From Eledone cirrhosa (Eukaryota): 64,000 nt of DNA. The stretch lies in contig OZ024741.1 of assembly GCA_964016885.1 (NCBI GenBank), forward strand, positions 80,910,001 through 80,974,000, written 5' to 3'. This document shows positions 41,605-59,298 of this stretch, piece by piece. Every line of letters starts with the position of its first letter. Positions within the stretch are counted from its first letter, which is position 1. The notes below the pieces were generated by a model that saw nothing but the letters and a program-made list of their open reading frames with translations, did no database searches and was not told the origin of the DNA. The translations under genes and the position numbers were made by a program.

Positions 41605-41830
41605 TATTAATAAATGAAACTATATTTATAAAACCATAATTATTTTATTATATATATTTCAAGAGCAACCAAGGTAAATTATGGTGCGCTTTCATCAGAT
41701 AAAATACAGATTTGTTTCCATTTATTAATATATTGTATATTTACTCCATTATTCTGTTGAGTGCTTTACATCAGTTATAAAAATTTTTTAAGCTTGTTGA
41801 ATCCCCAAAAATTAAATATAACCTCTGCAT
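41605..41830. mobile_element. PLE pLTR insert: minus-strand arm with HHR joined to plus-strand tail
   Basis: 41605-41708 is the reverse complement of the 34470-34570 type; 41714-41830 matches tail 12298-12400. Confidence 0.7.
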
Positions 41831-41843
41831 ATATGTATATATA

Positions 41844-41948
<105 letters not shown>

Positions 41949-42590
41949 ACGCACTAGTAATGGACTGGTATTTTTATCGGCCATGAGGGTAAAGTGACCA
42001 CAGTGGTATTTGACCTCAGACCGTAAAGAGTCGGATAAAAGGAATTCTATCCGACGCTTTAACGCCGAGGTACTTTATAGTAATTATTTGTGTACGTATA
42101 AAACGTGAAGATATGTGTGTCTACACATATCTACGTAAGTGTTCGTGTATGTATGTATGTATGTATGTATGTATGTATGTATGTATGTATGTATGTATGT
42201 ATGTATGTATGGATGGATGGATGGATGTATGTATGTATGTATGTATGTATGTATGTATGTATGTATGTATGTATGTACGTACGTACGTATGGATGGATGG
42301 ATGGATGTATGTATGTATGTATGTATGTATGTATGCATGTATGTATATGTGTATGTCTATATATATTATATATATGTATATGTGTAAGTTTGTATATATA
42401 TATATATATAAATGTATATATATAATACATATATATATATGTATATATATATAGTACATATATATATATATATAATACATATATATATATATATAAATAT
42501 ATATATGTGTGCGTGTATGTGTGTGCGTGCGTGCGTGTGTACGTGTGTGTGTGTGTATGTGTTTGTGTATGTGTGCGTGTGTACGTCTGT

Positions 42591-42666
<76 letters not shown>

Positions 42667-42934
42667 CTGTGTTTGTGTATGCGCGTGTGAGTGTGTCCGT
42701 ACATGGCAATATGTACACACAGACATATGTTACATGTGCCAATAGTTTTCCGTTATTAATTAAGTTTCGTGTTTCCCAAGTTCACTAATTAATAAGGAAA
42801 CTCAATCTGGAAAGCCGCAATACATTCCTACGCTCATCACACATTCCTTAAGCCAACGTTAAGGGCAAAACGCCACAAGTGTCTCGACACTTCCTGCATT
42901 ACTATATCAATGTTCTTAATGATGGCAGTAGAAG

Positions 42935-44530
42935 TGTGGTGGTGTGGTGGTGGTAGTGGTAGTGGTAGTGGTGGTGGTAGTGGTGTGGTGGTGGTGGTAG
43001 TGGTAGTGGTGGTGTGGTGGTGGATGTGGTGGATGTGGTGGTGGTAGTGGTGGATGTGGTGTATGTGGTGGTGGTAGTGGCGGTGGTAGTGGTGGTAGTG
43101 GTGGTGGTAGTGATGGTGGTAGTGGTGGATGTGGTGGTGGTAATGGTGGATGTGGTGGTGGTAGTGGTGGTGGTAGTGGTGGATGTGATGGTAGTGGTGG
43201 TAGTAGTCGTGGTAGTGGTGGATGTTGTGGTGGTAGTGGTGGATGTGGTGGTGGTAGTGGTGGATGTGGTGGTGGTAGTGGTGGTAGTGGTGGATGTGGA
43301 GGTGGTAGTGGTGGATGTGGTGGTGTTAGTGGTGGATGTGGTGGTGGTAGTGGTGGATGTGGTGGTCGTAGTCGTGGTAGTTGTGGTAGTGGTGGATGTG
43401 GTGGTGGTAGTGGTGGATGTGGTGGTGGTAGTGGTGGATGTGGTAGTGGTGGATGTGGTGGTGGTAGTTGTGGAGGTGGTGGTGGTAGTTGTGGAGGTGG
43501 TGGATGTGGTATTAGTGGTTGGTGGTAGTGCTGGTAGTGCTGGGTGTGGTGGTGGTAGTGTAGTGTGGTGGTAGTGGATGTGGTGGTGGATATGGTGGTG
43601 GATGTGGTGGTGGTAGTGGTGCTGGTAGTGGTGGTAGTAGTGTAGTGTGGTGGTAGTGGATGTGGTGTTGGATGTGGTCGTTGTAGCGGTGGATGTGGCA
43701 GTTGTAGTGGTGGATGTGGTAGTGGTAGTGGTGGATGTGGTAGTGATAGTGGTGGATGTGGTAGTGGTAGTGGTGGATGTGGTAGTTGTAGTGGTGGATG
43801 TGGTAGTTGTAGTGGTGGATGTGGTGGTGGTAGTGGTGGATGTGGTGGTGCTGGATGTTGTGGTGGTAGTGGTGGATGTTGTGGTGGTAGTGTAGTGTGG
43901 TAGTAGTGGATGTGGTGGTGGTAGTGGTGGATGTGGTAGTGGTAGTGGTGGATGTGGTGGTTGTGGTGGTGGATGTGGTGGTGATAGTAATAGTGTCATT
44001 GATGATACTGGCGATGGTGATGGTGTAGTGTGGTGGTGGTGGTGGTGGTGGTGGATGTGGTGGTGGTGGTGGTGGTGGTGGTGGTGGTGGTGGTGGTGGT
44101 GGTGGTGGTGGTGGTGGATGTGGTGGTGATAGTAATAGTGTCATTGATGATACTGGCGATGGTGATGGTGTAGTGTGGTGGTGGTGGTGGTGGATGTGGT
44201 GGTGGTGGTGGTGGTGGATGTGGTGGTGGTGGTGGTGGATGTGGTGGTGGTGGTGGTGGTGGTGGTGGTGGTGGTGGTGGTGGTGGTGGATGTGGTGGTG
44301 GTGGTGGTGGTGGTGGTGGTGGTGGTGGATGTGGTGGTGGTGGTGGTGGTGGATGTGGTGGTGGTGGTGGTGGTGGTGGATGTGGTGGTGGTGGTGGTGG
44401 CGATGGTGGTGGTGGTGGTGGTGGCGTTAATGGTGGTGAGGTGGGGTGTCAGTAGCGTTGGTGGTGATGGCATTGTCGTGGTGGTGAGGTGGGGTGTCAG
44501 TGGTTTTGGTGGTGATGGTGATGGTGTGGT
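42935..44530. repeat. (GGT/AGT/GAT)n low-complexity trinucleotide array
   Basis: Degenerate GTGGTGGATGTGGTGGTGGTA units; internal duplication 43981-44035 / 44126-44180. Confidence 0.9.
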
Positions 44531-44727
44531 GTTTCAGGGGCGTTGGTAGTGATTATTATATTAAAGAAATCTTTCAAGCAGTTCCTTCAACAACACCCAA
44601 TTTCCTCACGCAATTTCCAAATGAATCGAACGATTTCTTCTACAGTACATACATGCATACATACATACATACATACATACATACATACATACATACATAC
44701 ATACATACATACATACATACATACATA

Positions 44728-45615
44728 CTAACACGAAATACCTGATTCACAAAAGAGATAGGAATGCAGGCAAAACACCTAGATGTGATAACAAGTGCAG
44801 ACTCTGCAGAACTAACATCGAGGATATCACCCATGTCATCAGCAGCTGTCTAAAGATGTCATCGCGGTACTATCTACCTATGAGGCATGATGTAGTGGCC
44901 AAAACACTGTACAATGCAGTTCGTAAAAAAGATAGCCTCGATAATAAACACATTAAAAGATACAGCAATGTGGAAGACATCCATGTACCTATTATGAAAG
45001 AGTACTGGTGGAATGTTCCAGTAAAAACCCCAATAAAATGCAGGCATAACAGACCAGATATTATGATAAGGGACGGAGAGAAGAAAGCATGCACAGTAGT
45101 GGAAATTAGCTGCCCAGCAGATGCCAATATAATATCAAAGATTAGCGAAAAGGAGAATATTTATACAGAACTGATGAGAAATCTGCAGATACTCCACCCT
45201 GATTACACCTTCAGATTTATGCCTGTGATTATTGGGACACTGGGATATGTTAGTAACTGCCTCAATACAAATCTTAAGAAGCTAGGCTTCACAGGAACAG
45301 AAAGAACACAACTAGTTAGGAAATTACAAGTACAATCCATTAATGGAACAGTAAAAATATGTAAAACATTCCAAAAATTGTGCATCTAATAACTGCATAT
45401 ACACATGTACAGATACAAAGCATATACACATGCACACATACAACTTAAAACATACACATTCACACATACAATAACATCCATATCTACACATGTATACATA
45501 CATAATCTACCTAGTTGATGTTGTGTAAATTCCAATGAGAGAGTCTTGTGTCTTTGTTAGAAACCGACTCTCTCTCTATTAGGAAAAAATTTGTGAAATT
45601 ATAAAACCAGAAGAA
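44728..45615 (+). mobile_element. R4/Dong-like LINE 3' fragment (CCHC finger + restriction-like endonuclease) in (CATA)n
   Basis: KCRLC..IEDITHVISSC, RHDVVAK, RPDI, EISCPAD, PVIIGTLG; ends ATAAAACCAGAAGAA + (CATA)n. Confidence 0.85.
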
Positions 45616-45706
45616 CATACATACATACATACATACATACATACATACATACATACATACATACATACATACATACATACATACATACATACATACATAC
45701 ATACAT

Positions 45707-48093
45707 ACTGAGGCCCCATCCTAGAAAGACAGATTCCTTTTGGAGCAAAATATGGGGTGAAAAGAAGAATTTCAACCAAGATGCAGTGTGGCTAAGAGAA
45801 ATCCGAAAGAACTATTGCTCCTACACTACAACAAAAACATACGAAAGACTGTGATAGGAAAACTCCAAGATAAGAAAACACCAGGAAGAGACATGATTGT
45901 ACAAAAAAATGATTTTCTATCGGAGGTATCTTATTGACCTCTACCAACAAGTTCTTAACGGAGGAGATACACTTATACCAAAATGGTAGACATTAGCACA
46001 AACATTACTGTTCCCCAAGAACAAAGACACCCACTTGGCAAAAAACTACCGACCCATTGCATGCCAGAACCTAATATATAAGATGTATACAGCCTGCCTG
46101 AAGCTATTCCTCCAAGATCACTGTGAAAATAATAAAATCATCACAGATGAACAAGCAGCTGGAAAGAAAAGGGTTTGGGGATGTGCTGAACAACTACTAA
46201 TCAACAAAACTGCGATGTCGGAGGTGCGACAACTTAGGAGGAATATGACTACAGTCTGGCTGGACTACAGAAAAACTTTTGATTCTGTTCCCCACTCTTG
46301 AATGATAGAGGCCCTCCAGCTTGCTAAAGTCCCAGGCATTATTGTCAGAGCCATAGAGAGGCTGTCTTCTTGGGCTACTATCCTAAGGTTAAAAAAGACA
46401 GAGAGGGGGGACTCTATTTTCACTGATAAAATAAAATATTGCAGGGGTATATTTCAGGGGGACAGTCTCTCTGTGATATTATTCATCCTGTCATTAAACC
46501 CCTTGTCCTTTCTGCTCAAGAAATGTGAGGGATACATCATTGGCTCACAGGAGGACAGAAATACGAACCTAACCCATAATTTCTTTGTGGACGATCTGAA
46601 ACTCTATGCCAAGAACATGGATGGGATGAAGAAAAATTTTGACCTGGTTACAACGTTCTCAAGGATATAGGAATGGAGTTTGGCCAAGATAAATGCTCAT
46701 ACATGACTGTAAAGCGGGGAAAACAACAACCCAATCAAGCAACATTGTCATCAATGGCCTAACTGTTTCACCGATATCTGATGAGGACTGCTACAGATAC
46801 CTGGGGATAGATGAGAACATATCCTATAATGGTATCTCTGTAATAAAGAACGCGTAATCAAGGAATACTACACCCGATTAAGAAAGATCTGGTCATCGGA
46901 ACTCTCTGCGCAAAACAAAACAGTGGCTTACAATGTGTTTGCTGTGCCTGTCCTAACACCAACGTTTGGAATACTCAGTTGGACGATAGACGAAATCCGA
47001 GCAGTTGATGTTGGAACTTGAAAAATACTGAACAACACCGGAAACTTCCACATCAACACTTGAAACGTAAGCAGGGAGGCATAGGCCTAACATCAGTCCA
47101 GACAACATTTAAATGTCGCATCATATCTCTCCGACAACATCTACGAACTTCGAAGCGTAGGAGCCCGTTTCCCGAGCAAGTCTATCTGCATGATACAGAT
47201 AAGATCATGGGAGTTGGGAAGGAACTCCTCGAGAGATATTCCCTGTGTGATATCAAAAACTCACACCCAGGATGTCGCTCAGCAGTATCGCAGTTAATCC
47301 ATGGATGAAAAACTGCATGCCTATCAGCAAAAAATCCTGCATGGATATGTTGCCAGGAAGCTCCAGAGTGAGAGTAATATAGATAAGGAAAGTAGTCTAT
47401 CTTGGACCAACAACCGCTATATTGGCTCCCACTTTTAAGGATACGCCTTTGCAATCCAGGAACAGGAGATTAGCACGAAATACCTGATTCACAAAAGAGA
47501 TAGGGATGCAGGAAAAACACCTGAATAACAGATCAGATATTATGATATCGGACAGGGAGAAGAAAGCATGCACAGTAGTGGAAATTAGCTGCCCAGCAGA
47601 TGCCAATATAATATCAAAGATTAGTGAAAAGGAGAACATTTATGCAGAACTGATGAGAAATCTGCAGATACTCCACCCTGATAACACCTTCAGATTTATG
47701 CCTGTGATTATTGGGGCACTGGGATATGTTAGTAACTGCCTCAATACAAATCTTGAGAAGCTGGGCGTCACAGGAACAGAAAGAACACAACTAGTTAGGA
47801 AATTACAATACAATCCATTAATGGAACAGTAAAAATATGTAAGACATTCCAAAAATGTTGCATCTAATAACTGTATATACACATATACAGATGCAAAGCA
47901 TATACACATGCACATATACAACTCAAAACATACACATCCACACATACAATAACATTCATATCTACACATGCATGCATACATACATACCTACCTAGTTGAT
48001 GTGTAAATTCCAATGAGAGAGTCTTGTGTCTATGTTAGAAACCGACTCTCTCTCTATTGGTAAAACTTTGTAAAATTATAAAACCAGAAGAAC
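45707..48093 (+). mobile_element. R4/Dong-like LINE, 5'-truncated, RT + REL pseudogene with internal deletions, in (CATA)n
   Basis: NYRPIACQNLIYK, WLDYRKTFDSVPH, GIFQGDSLS, FFVDDLKLYA, EISCPAD; same 3' end as the 44728 copy. Confidence 0.88.
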
Positions 48094-48321
48094 ATACATA
48101 CATAAAACATACATACATACATACATATATACATACATACATACATACATACATACATACATACATACATACATACATACATACATACATACACACACAT
48201 ACATACATACATGCATACATACGTACACACATACATATACACATACATGCATACATACGTACACACACACACACACATACATACATACATACATACATAC
48301 ATACATACATACATACATACA

Positions 48322-48355
<34 letters not shown>

Positions 48356-49186
48356 CATACATATATACATACATATATACATGATTGTTGCAACTCAATT
48401 TCGAGTAATACCATCGCTTGATACTTAAGCGTGAGCGTCACCGACATGGCTTTTTAGTCCTGCTAGGGACTTGCCTATGGCCAGCAATACCATGCATCGC
48501 ATAAAATGTCACATATCAAGCAATGCCTGAGCTTGAAGCTTTTTTTAAGTGAGGAAAGGCTTTGCACGGGGCCAATCCCACTCTGAACATCGAATGCATT
48601 TTCCCCAAAAGAGGAACTGGTCTACATCATTGGATGTAAACGAAATCGCAGGTTTTATATTAGAGTGACCTTCTAGAGAGATGTCTTAATGAAGACTCGG
48701 AGTCTCTCACTCCACAAAAAAAAAAAAAAAAATCTTTATTGGATGGCCGTTGACTCTCCCGAGTTCTTCCGCCCATTGACGGGCTTTGTCTTTCATCCCG
48801 TGTCTAAAATCCCCCTTCTCACCAAGGAAGCTTGGTGGGGTTGCCGCTTTAGTCGCCGACAACCCGACCATGCATAGGTTGTACATGTTACCAGTAGCAC
48901 TGAAAAGCGACATGACATACATACATACATGCATACCTGCATACACACACACACACATATATATGCATACACATACATACGCACATATATACACGTATAC
49001 ATTCATACGTACATATCTATATACACACATATATACATACGTACATATATATATATATATACATATATACATACGTACATATATATTATATATCTATACA
49101 TATATGCATATTTATATATATATACACATACACACATATATGTACATACATGCGTACATATAAATACATATACATGCGTACATGTG

Positions 49187-49250
<64 letters not shown>

Positions 49251-49405
49251 ATATATATATATATTATAGACATATATGCATATATATATATATATACATA
49301 CATCCATATACATATATGCATATGCATATATACATATATGCATATATATACACATACATATATACATACTTATATACATATACTACATATATACACATAC
49401 ATATC

Positions 49406-49467
<62 letters not shown>

Positions 49468-49480
49468 TACATACATACAT

Positions 49481-53274
<3,794 letters not shown>

Positions 53275-53510
53275 GTATGTAAAAGGTAAACAGAAATAAC
53301 AACACAATCTGTACAGTATATGGAAGGGATATATTAGGTTAACGCTTGAAATAGCAGGAAAATGGTCTTAACGTTTCGGACGCTAGTCCTTCATCTCAAC
53401 AGAAGAAAGAATGAGAAATAAGATAGATTGAAGGGACGGGCGGGTTGGAATTGGAAAACATGTCTTTAGATAAAAATAACAGGTGCACTCATGTTGACAT
53501 CTCTTGATAT
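53275..53510 (-). mobile_element. Solo pLTR, family A (HHR core disrupted by a small insertion)
   Basis: Matches 58993-59215; TCATC-TCAAC-AG instead of TCATCAG. Confidence 0.7.
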
Positions 53511-53520
53511 GTGTATGTGC

Positions 53521-53569
<49 letters not shown>

Positions 53570-53745
53570 TAAAAGGAAAAGAAAATGCTGACAAATTGTT
53601 CCCAGTGAAAAATAGTTTAATTAGGAATAAGTAAAAATGAGTAATAGTATTGGTTAGTATTCAGTTTTGGTTTTAAGTTTTACCGGTTGCGCATTTCTAA
53701 TGCTTTTCAAAAATAATTTTGAGATAGAGCGCCCGTGATGTTTGC

Positions 53746-53819
<74 letters not shown>

Positions 53820-54130
53820 GTATATGTATATATATATATATATGTATGTATGTGTGTGTATATATATATATATATATGTATACTCTTTTACTCTTTTACC
53901 TGATCCACCCATCCGGCCTCACCATGCTGGGGCACCGCCCTTCAGTATATACATATATACACACAGATATATATCTGTATATATATATTCACTTATACAC
54001 ACACACACACACACATATATATAAATTCACACACACATATAGAAATATATATATAGTTCAAAGTAAAAGGAAGACACACGAAGAACAATGACATTGTATA
54101 TATATATATATATATATAAACTTGCAATTA

Positions 54131-54159
<29 letters not shown>

Positions 54160-54162
<3 letters not shown>

Positions 54163-54352
54163 GGAACAAGTATGACCCCGACGGCAGAGCTCAAGCCGTT
54201 TCGATTACCCACTCTACTACCCTAAGTATTGAGTACTTTGGTGCGATATGGTCCATCTGGTTCCTTACCACATTTCCTTCGTTATATATATGTCCAGAAA
54301 TAGCCGTCGAAACGGCTTGAGCTCTGCCGTCGGGGTCTTGAACATTTTCCTA
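54160..54352. mobile_element. Family B rearranged insert (inverted arm, tail, further sense arm)
   Basis: 54160-54203 minus arm; 54204-54283 tail; 54293-54352 plus arm. Confidence 0.7.
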
Positions 54353-54378
54353 TATATATACATATATATATATATCGG

Positions 54379-54442
<64 letters not shown>

Positions 54443-54550
54443 CATTCACTCACGTCTGGTTCTGGCTTTATTTCAATACATTGCCAGTAACCAACCAAGC
54501 AGAAATGATTGTAAGTCACAATCTATGTTCATCAAGTTTAACAATTCTGT

Positions 54551-54570
54551 TGCTAATCAGAACCCATCAT

Positions 54571-54611
<41 letters not shown>

Positions 54612-54676
54612 CCACAACCACCTCCACCACCACCACCACCACCACCACCACCACCACCGCCAATACCACCACCACC

Positions 54677-54740
<64 letters not shown>

Positions 54741-54802
54741 CCACCACCACCTCCACCACCACCACCACCACCACCACCACCGCCAATACCACCACCACCA
54801 CC

Positions 54803-54889
<87 letters not shown>
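54551..54889. repeat. Compound (TAC)n/(CAC)n/(GA)n microsatellite, ~125-bp unit duplicated
   Basis: Directly visible. Confidence 0.9.
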
Positions 54890-54893
<4 letters not shown>

Positions 54894-55037
54894 GGAGCGA
54901 CCCAAGCACTTGGCTAGTTCTTTATTTATCAACCTTCAAATGATAAAAGGCAAAATTAACTCCGACAAGATTTGGATTCGGAGAACAGAGAACTGGAACA
55001 CACTGTAGATATGACACGTAGATCTCTGGATTGTGAG

Positions 55038-55257
55038 TACCTACCTCACAACAATCATGTAGGCTCTGAACGAAGGTTTGTGGTATGTGGGTAGCTACCT
55101 ACCTCACAACAATCATGTAGGCTCTGAACGAAGGTTTGTGGTATGTGGGTAGCTACCTACCTCACAACAATCATGTAGGCTCTGAACGAAGGTTTGTGGT
55201 ATGTGGGTAGCTACCTACCTCACAACAATCATGTAGGCTCTGAACGAAGGTTTGTGG
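55038..55257. repeat. 58-bp tandem repeat x3.8, identical units
   Basis: TACCTACCTCACAACAATCATGTAGGCTCTGAACGAAGGTTTGTGGTATGTGGGTAGC at 55038, 55096, 55154, 55212. Confidence 0.92.
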
Positions 55258-55837
55258 ATTGTGAGTATCTACCTTATTCCTAACAATCTTGGAGGTTCTA
55301 TAAATTTAGGAGGCCCTAAACACAAGTCTCTGGTTTGTGAGTACCTCCTTCCCTGCCACCAATCGCGGGCCTGAGAAACGTCATGGTTACTACCCTTTCC
55401 TCTGCGACTAAACCGTGAAAAAATAAATAAAAGAAAAACCGTTACGTTCAACGCGGTATTTTCTCCACCAAAGGACCCGTTAGGTACATCAGCTATTCAC
55501 GTAGAAGGAAAAAAGTAAACGGACAAAGGAAACGTTTTCTTAACTTGGGTATTTTAAATCCTTGGGGAACTCATCCATTCATAGCTCTGAATACAGCCTA
55601 TTTCTTCCAGTGAAGGAGAGATAGGGGGAAAACCGAGCCTAATACTGGATTGATACTTTATTTTTCGACCACGAAAGGATGAAAGGCAAAGTTGACGTCG
55701 AAACAATTTGATCTCAGAGCGCTGAAACCCGGAACGAATATCGCAAAGAATTCTATCCAACGTCAAAACGACTCTGTGTAAGCATCCACTATTAAATTTG
55801 GGACACTTTGAATATCTGAATCATATTATATTAAAAG

Positions 55838-56025
55838 GTGGATTGGCAGTATCGGTAGAGGGTCGGACGCCATCCTTTGACGCATAGAGTTACGGCCCTT
55901 GCCATTCAGAGTTCAAATCCCGCCGAGGTTAACTTAGCCTTTCATCCTTACGGAGTCGATAAAATAAAGTACCAGTAATACCCTAGGATAATTGCTGGCC
56001 TTGTGCCAAAAGTAGAAACAATTAT
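55838..56025 (+). mobile_element. tRNA-derived SINE (main family); decayed minus-strand relatives at ~54915-54990 and 55645-55770
   Basis: Same head and body; ATTATATTAAAAGGT repeated on both flanks. Confidence 0.85.
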
Positions 56026-56267
56026 ATTAAAAGGTACACATATCAAATGGAATACTCAAACCACTTGCGTGTTAATTCTCGAGCTGGATGTTCAGTTGAT
56101 GTAACAACTGCTCACCATTGAAAAAGAAACAGGAGCCACCACATCATAATATTTAGAAGAAATTCTTATAAAAATGTTCGTTCATTTCCAAAGAAATAAA
56201 AGAGAATTAGTTAAGATTTTCCAGGCTTTGATGTTTTTAAATGCACAGACACACAAACAAATACAAA

Positions 56268-56338
<71 letters not shown>

Positions 56339-56339
<1 letters not shown>

Positions 56340-56960
56340 GTTATACTTGGGGAGGGTCATATTTGTGTAATAATATTGCCAGAATTAATAACAGAACACA
56401 CTCACTGTTTGGTTGGTTTTCGCTTCTGTGTCTTTTATATCAGTTAATTTAATTTATTCGGTCCTCAATGTTACCATTGACTGACCAACGGTCAAAAATA
56501 CAGATATAATATAGACACAAACACATATATATAGTCTAACAAAGTTCTTTCGTTGCACATCTGCAACATTGTCAGTGGTGCTATTATGTTCCTCCTGTTG
56601 TATTGTATGCATACGCCATCTTTATTTAGTCTGTTTATTTATTTATTTATTTTTGCCTTCTTCTCTGCGTATGCGTTTGCGTGTGTATTGTGTTTGGGTG
56701 ACTGTGTATTGGTTATTGTATTCTATCGTAGTTTACTAGTGTGTGTTTATATGTGTTTGTTGTTATTGTGCTTGTGTATGTATTTATTTATTTTTTAAAT
56801 TTATTTATGTATACTTCTCTTAGGTTAGTATTGTTTGTTTGGGTGTTGTTATTCCATTCATTTTTTTTGTTTAGCCTTGGCCTTCTAAGTTCTATTTCGC
56901 TGGGCTCTTTGATTTGCCTATCTGCTGGGTCATTTCTATGTTTAGATATTATTTTAATAT
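56339..56960 (-). mobile_element. 3' end of Naiad-like PLE (EN C-terminus, 3'UTR, pLTR)
   Basis: IKIISKHRNDPADRQIKEPSEIELRRPRLNKKNEW, near-identical to 36595-36754; UTR matches 36830-37092. Confidence 0.88.
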
Positions 56961-57729
56961 ATATATAGTGTATATATATATGCAAGACACATTTTCATCG
57001 TACTACAGGGAAGGGGAGTTAAAAAAATGATAATCTATTTATTTTTTCAGTTGGACTACATTAGTCACGAAGTCTAATATTGTTGAGGAGTGAGGAGAGG
57101 ACTAAAATTAAGAGAATCAATAGCAGGTTGTTTTCCTGTTGCTGTTGTTGACTTACATTAACGAATGTATTCTGCACTACAAAAAAAAAAAAAAAAAGAG
57201 GAGAAAACAGTGATAGAGAATGATTTGAAAGTAATGTATCTGCTATTTATTATAGCAGTTTCACGAGATCATGTAGTCACTGCCACGCTACTTGATGTTG
57301 ATGTTGTTGCTACTACCATTGTTGTTGATTCCGTTATTGTTCTTGTTGTTCTGTTGTTGATCTCGTTGCAGCTGATATTATTGTTGTTGTTACTGCAGAT
57401 GTTATCATTCTTGTTTGCAGTTGTTCTTGTTGCGTATTTCGATCTTAATTTGATCTCTTCAGTATAATATTGAATTTTAAATTATATAAAATCTGGTAAT
57501 TATTTCAAAACCCTAAATAGAAGAGATTTTTTTTTAAAAATCAGGTAGATACAAGTTCAAATCTGACGATGAGTATTCAGTTTTTCAATCAACTTAACGT
57601 CCAACTCAGGAATTAACGTGTAAGTGGTTTGAATATCTTACAGACACGTTCATTAAACGTAATTCTTAAGTTAAATCAGCATGATACATGTCTAGATTTT
57701 TTTAATTACAGATACAATCTATCTGGCGG

Positions 57730-57885
57730 GCTTTCGAATAATTTTCGTCTATTCGATGTCACTCACAAAACTTGGGTCAACCCTAGGCTATGGTAAACAC
57801 ATTTGCCCAAGATACCACGCAATGAGAACGAAACCGGTATCTCACGAATGCAAAGCAAGCTTCTTAACCACTCAGCCCCGCCTAC
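57730..57885 (-). mobile_element. Decayed tRNA-derived SINE, third family; another decayed SINE at ~58460-58620 (+)
   Basis: GGCTGAGTGGTTAAGAAGCTTGC...GGTTTCGTTCTC..CTTGGGCAAATGTG. Confidence 0.55.
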
Positions 57886-58890
57886 GTCCATATTTAGTGT
57901 GATACTGCAATAGTGATTCACTTCTATAACAATATAGCTTGTATAACGGTCAACATCCGCTGGGGTGACTTTGTTTCCAGCATTGAAGCCCTTGAAAAAG
58001 CAGAGGTTACCAGTATTAAACCATGCTATTAAAAACGCAGCTGCATTTGGCAGGACATATTTCCCGGATGGAGAATCATCGTCAGCGCGAACTTTCTATT
58101 GGCTACCGTCACTGAGGGGTACCGAAGAAAAGTTATTTCAAGTATGTCACAATGACCATTGCCAGTGGTGATAGGGTGACCTGAGGACACACCATCCACT
58201 AATCTGTATCCTCCTTCGAGAATGCATGTAGTCTTGATGTTGGGACAAGAAGCATCAGGATAAGAAACGCGACACAACAGTACCATGCCCAGTACGCAAT
58301 TTCCCTTGCAGCTGTTGTGGCCGGGTCTGCCTGTTCTCTATTGGTCACGTCAACCGCTAGTGTGACTGGAATATATATGAGAAGCCCCATCATAAAGATT
58401 CCTTAGCATTGTCGAGTAATGATAAAGGCATAATTTTTATAACAATATAGTTTGTATAAAAGTGGCCAATTGGCAGAGTGGTTAGAGCGGTGGATTAAGA
58501 ATGCCTCGGTATATGTTCCAGGTCACTGTGCTCAGTGTTCAAATTATGCCGAAGTTAATTATGCATTTCGAAGTTGATAAATAAAGTACTGACCCAATAC
58601 TGGGGTTGACTCTTCCTCTATATCTCTTTATTTCTTTGTTTCTTTCTCTGGAAGAAGTTGGCCTTACTTTGAGATGGAGACGGAGTGACTCAACCAAATT
58701 TAAAATGGCCAAGACACGCCGTGTGCCCCTACGTGTTAAACGCCCACTATATAATTTATATAACAAAATAGTTCCCAACCTAAACCCTCTAATTCTAGTA
58801 TGAATTAACTTTATTCCGCAATGCAAACAAAATATACAACTATTTTACTAGACATACTCACACGCGTGCTCGCACACACACATACACGCA

Positions 58891-58989
<99 letters not shown>

Positions 58990-59080
58990 GTATGTAAAAG
59001 GTAAAAAGAAATAACAACACAATCGGTACAGTATATGGAAGGTATATATTAGGTTAACGCTTGATATAGCAGGAAGAGGG

Positions 59081-59116
59081 TCTTAACGTTTCGGACGCTA
59101 GTCCTTCATCAGAAGA
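59081..59116 (-). ncRNA. Minimal type-I HHR, family A, fully intact (solo pLTR 58993-59215)
   Basis: TCTT CTGATGA A GGAC TAGC GTCC GAAA CG TT AAGA. Confidence 0.78.
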
Positions 59117-59212
59117 AAGAATGAGAAATAAAATAGATAAATGGGACGGGCGGGATGGAATTGGAAAAAATGTCTTTAGATAAAAATAATAGTTCCATTC
59201 ATGTTGACATCT

Positions 59213-59292
<80 letters not shown>

Positions 59293-59298
59293 GAGAGA

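Noticed and set aside
42902-44549. Mucin-like poly-Thr / poly-Val / poly-Pro ORFs
   Set aside because: Trinucleotide low-complexity array that is open in several frames on both strands, with no unique domain or convincing exon context.
55038-55257. CRISPR-like array
   Set aside because: Units are identical with no unique spacers, there are no cas genes, and the context is eukaryotic; the same applies to the 37-bp array at 19943.
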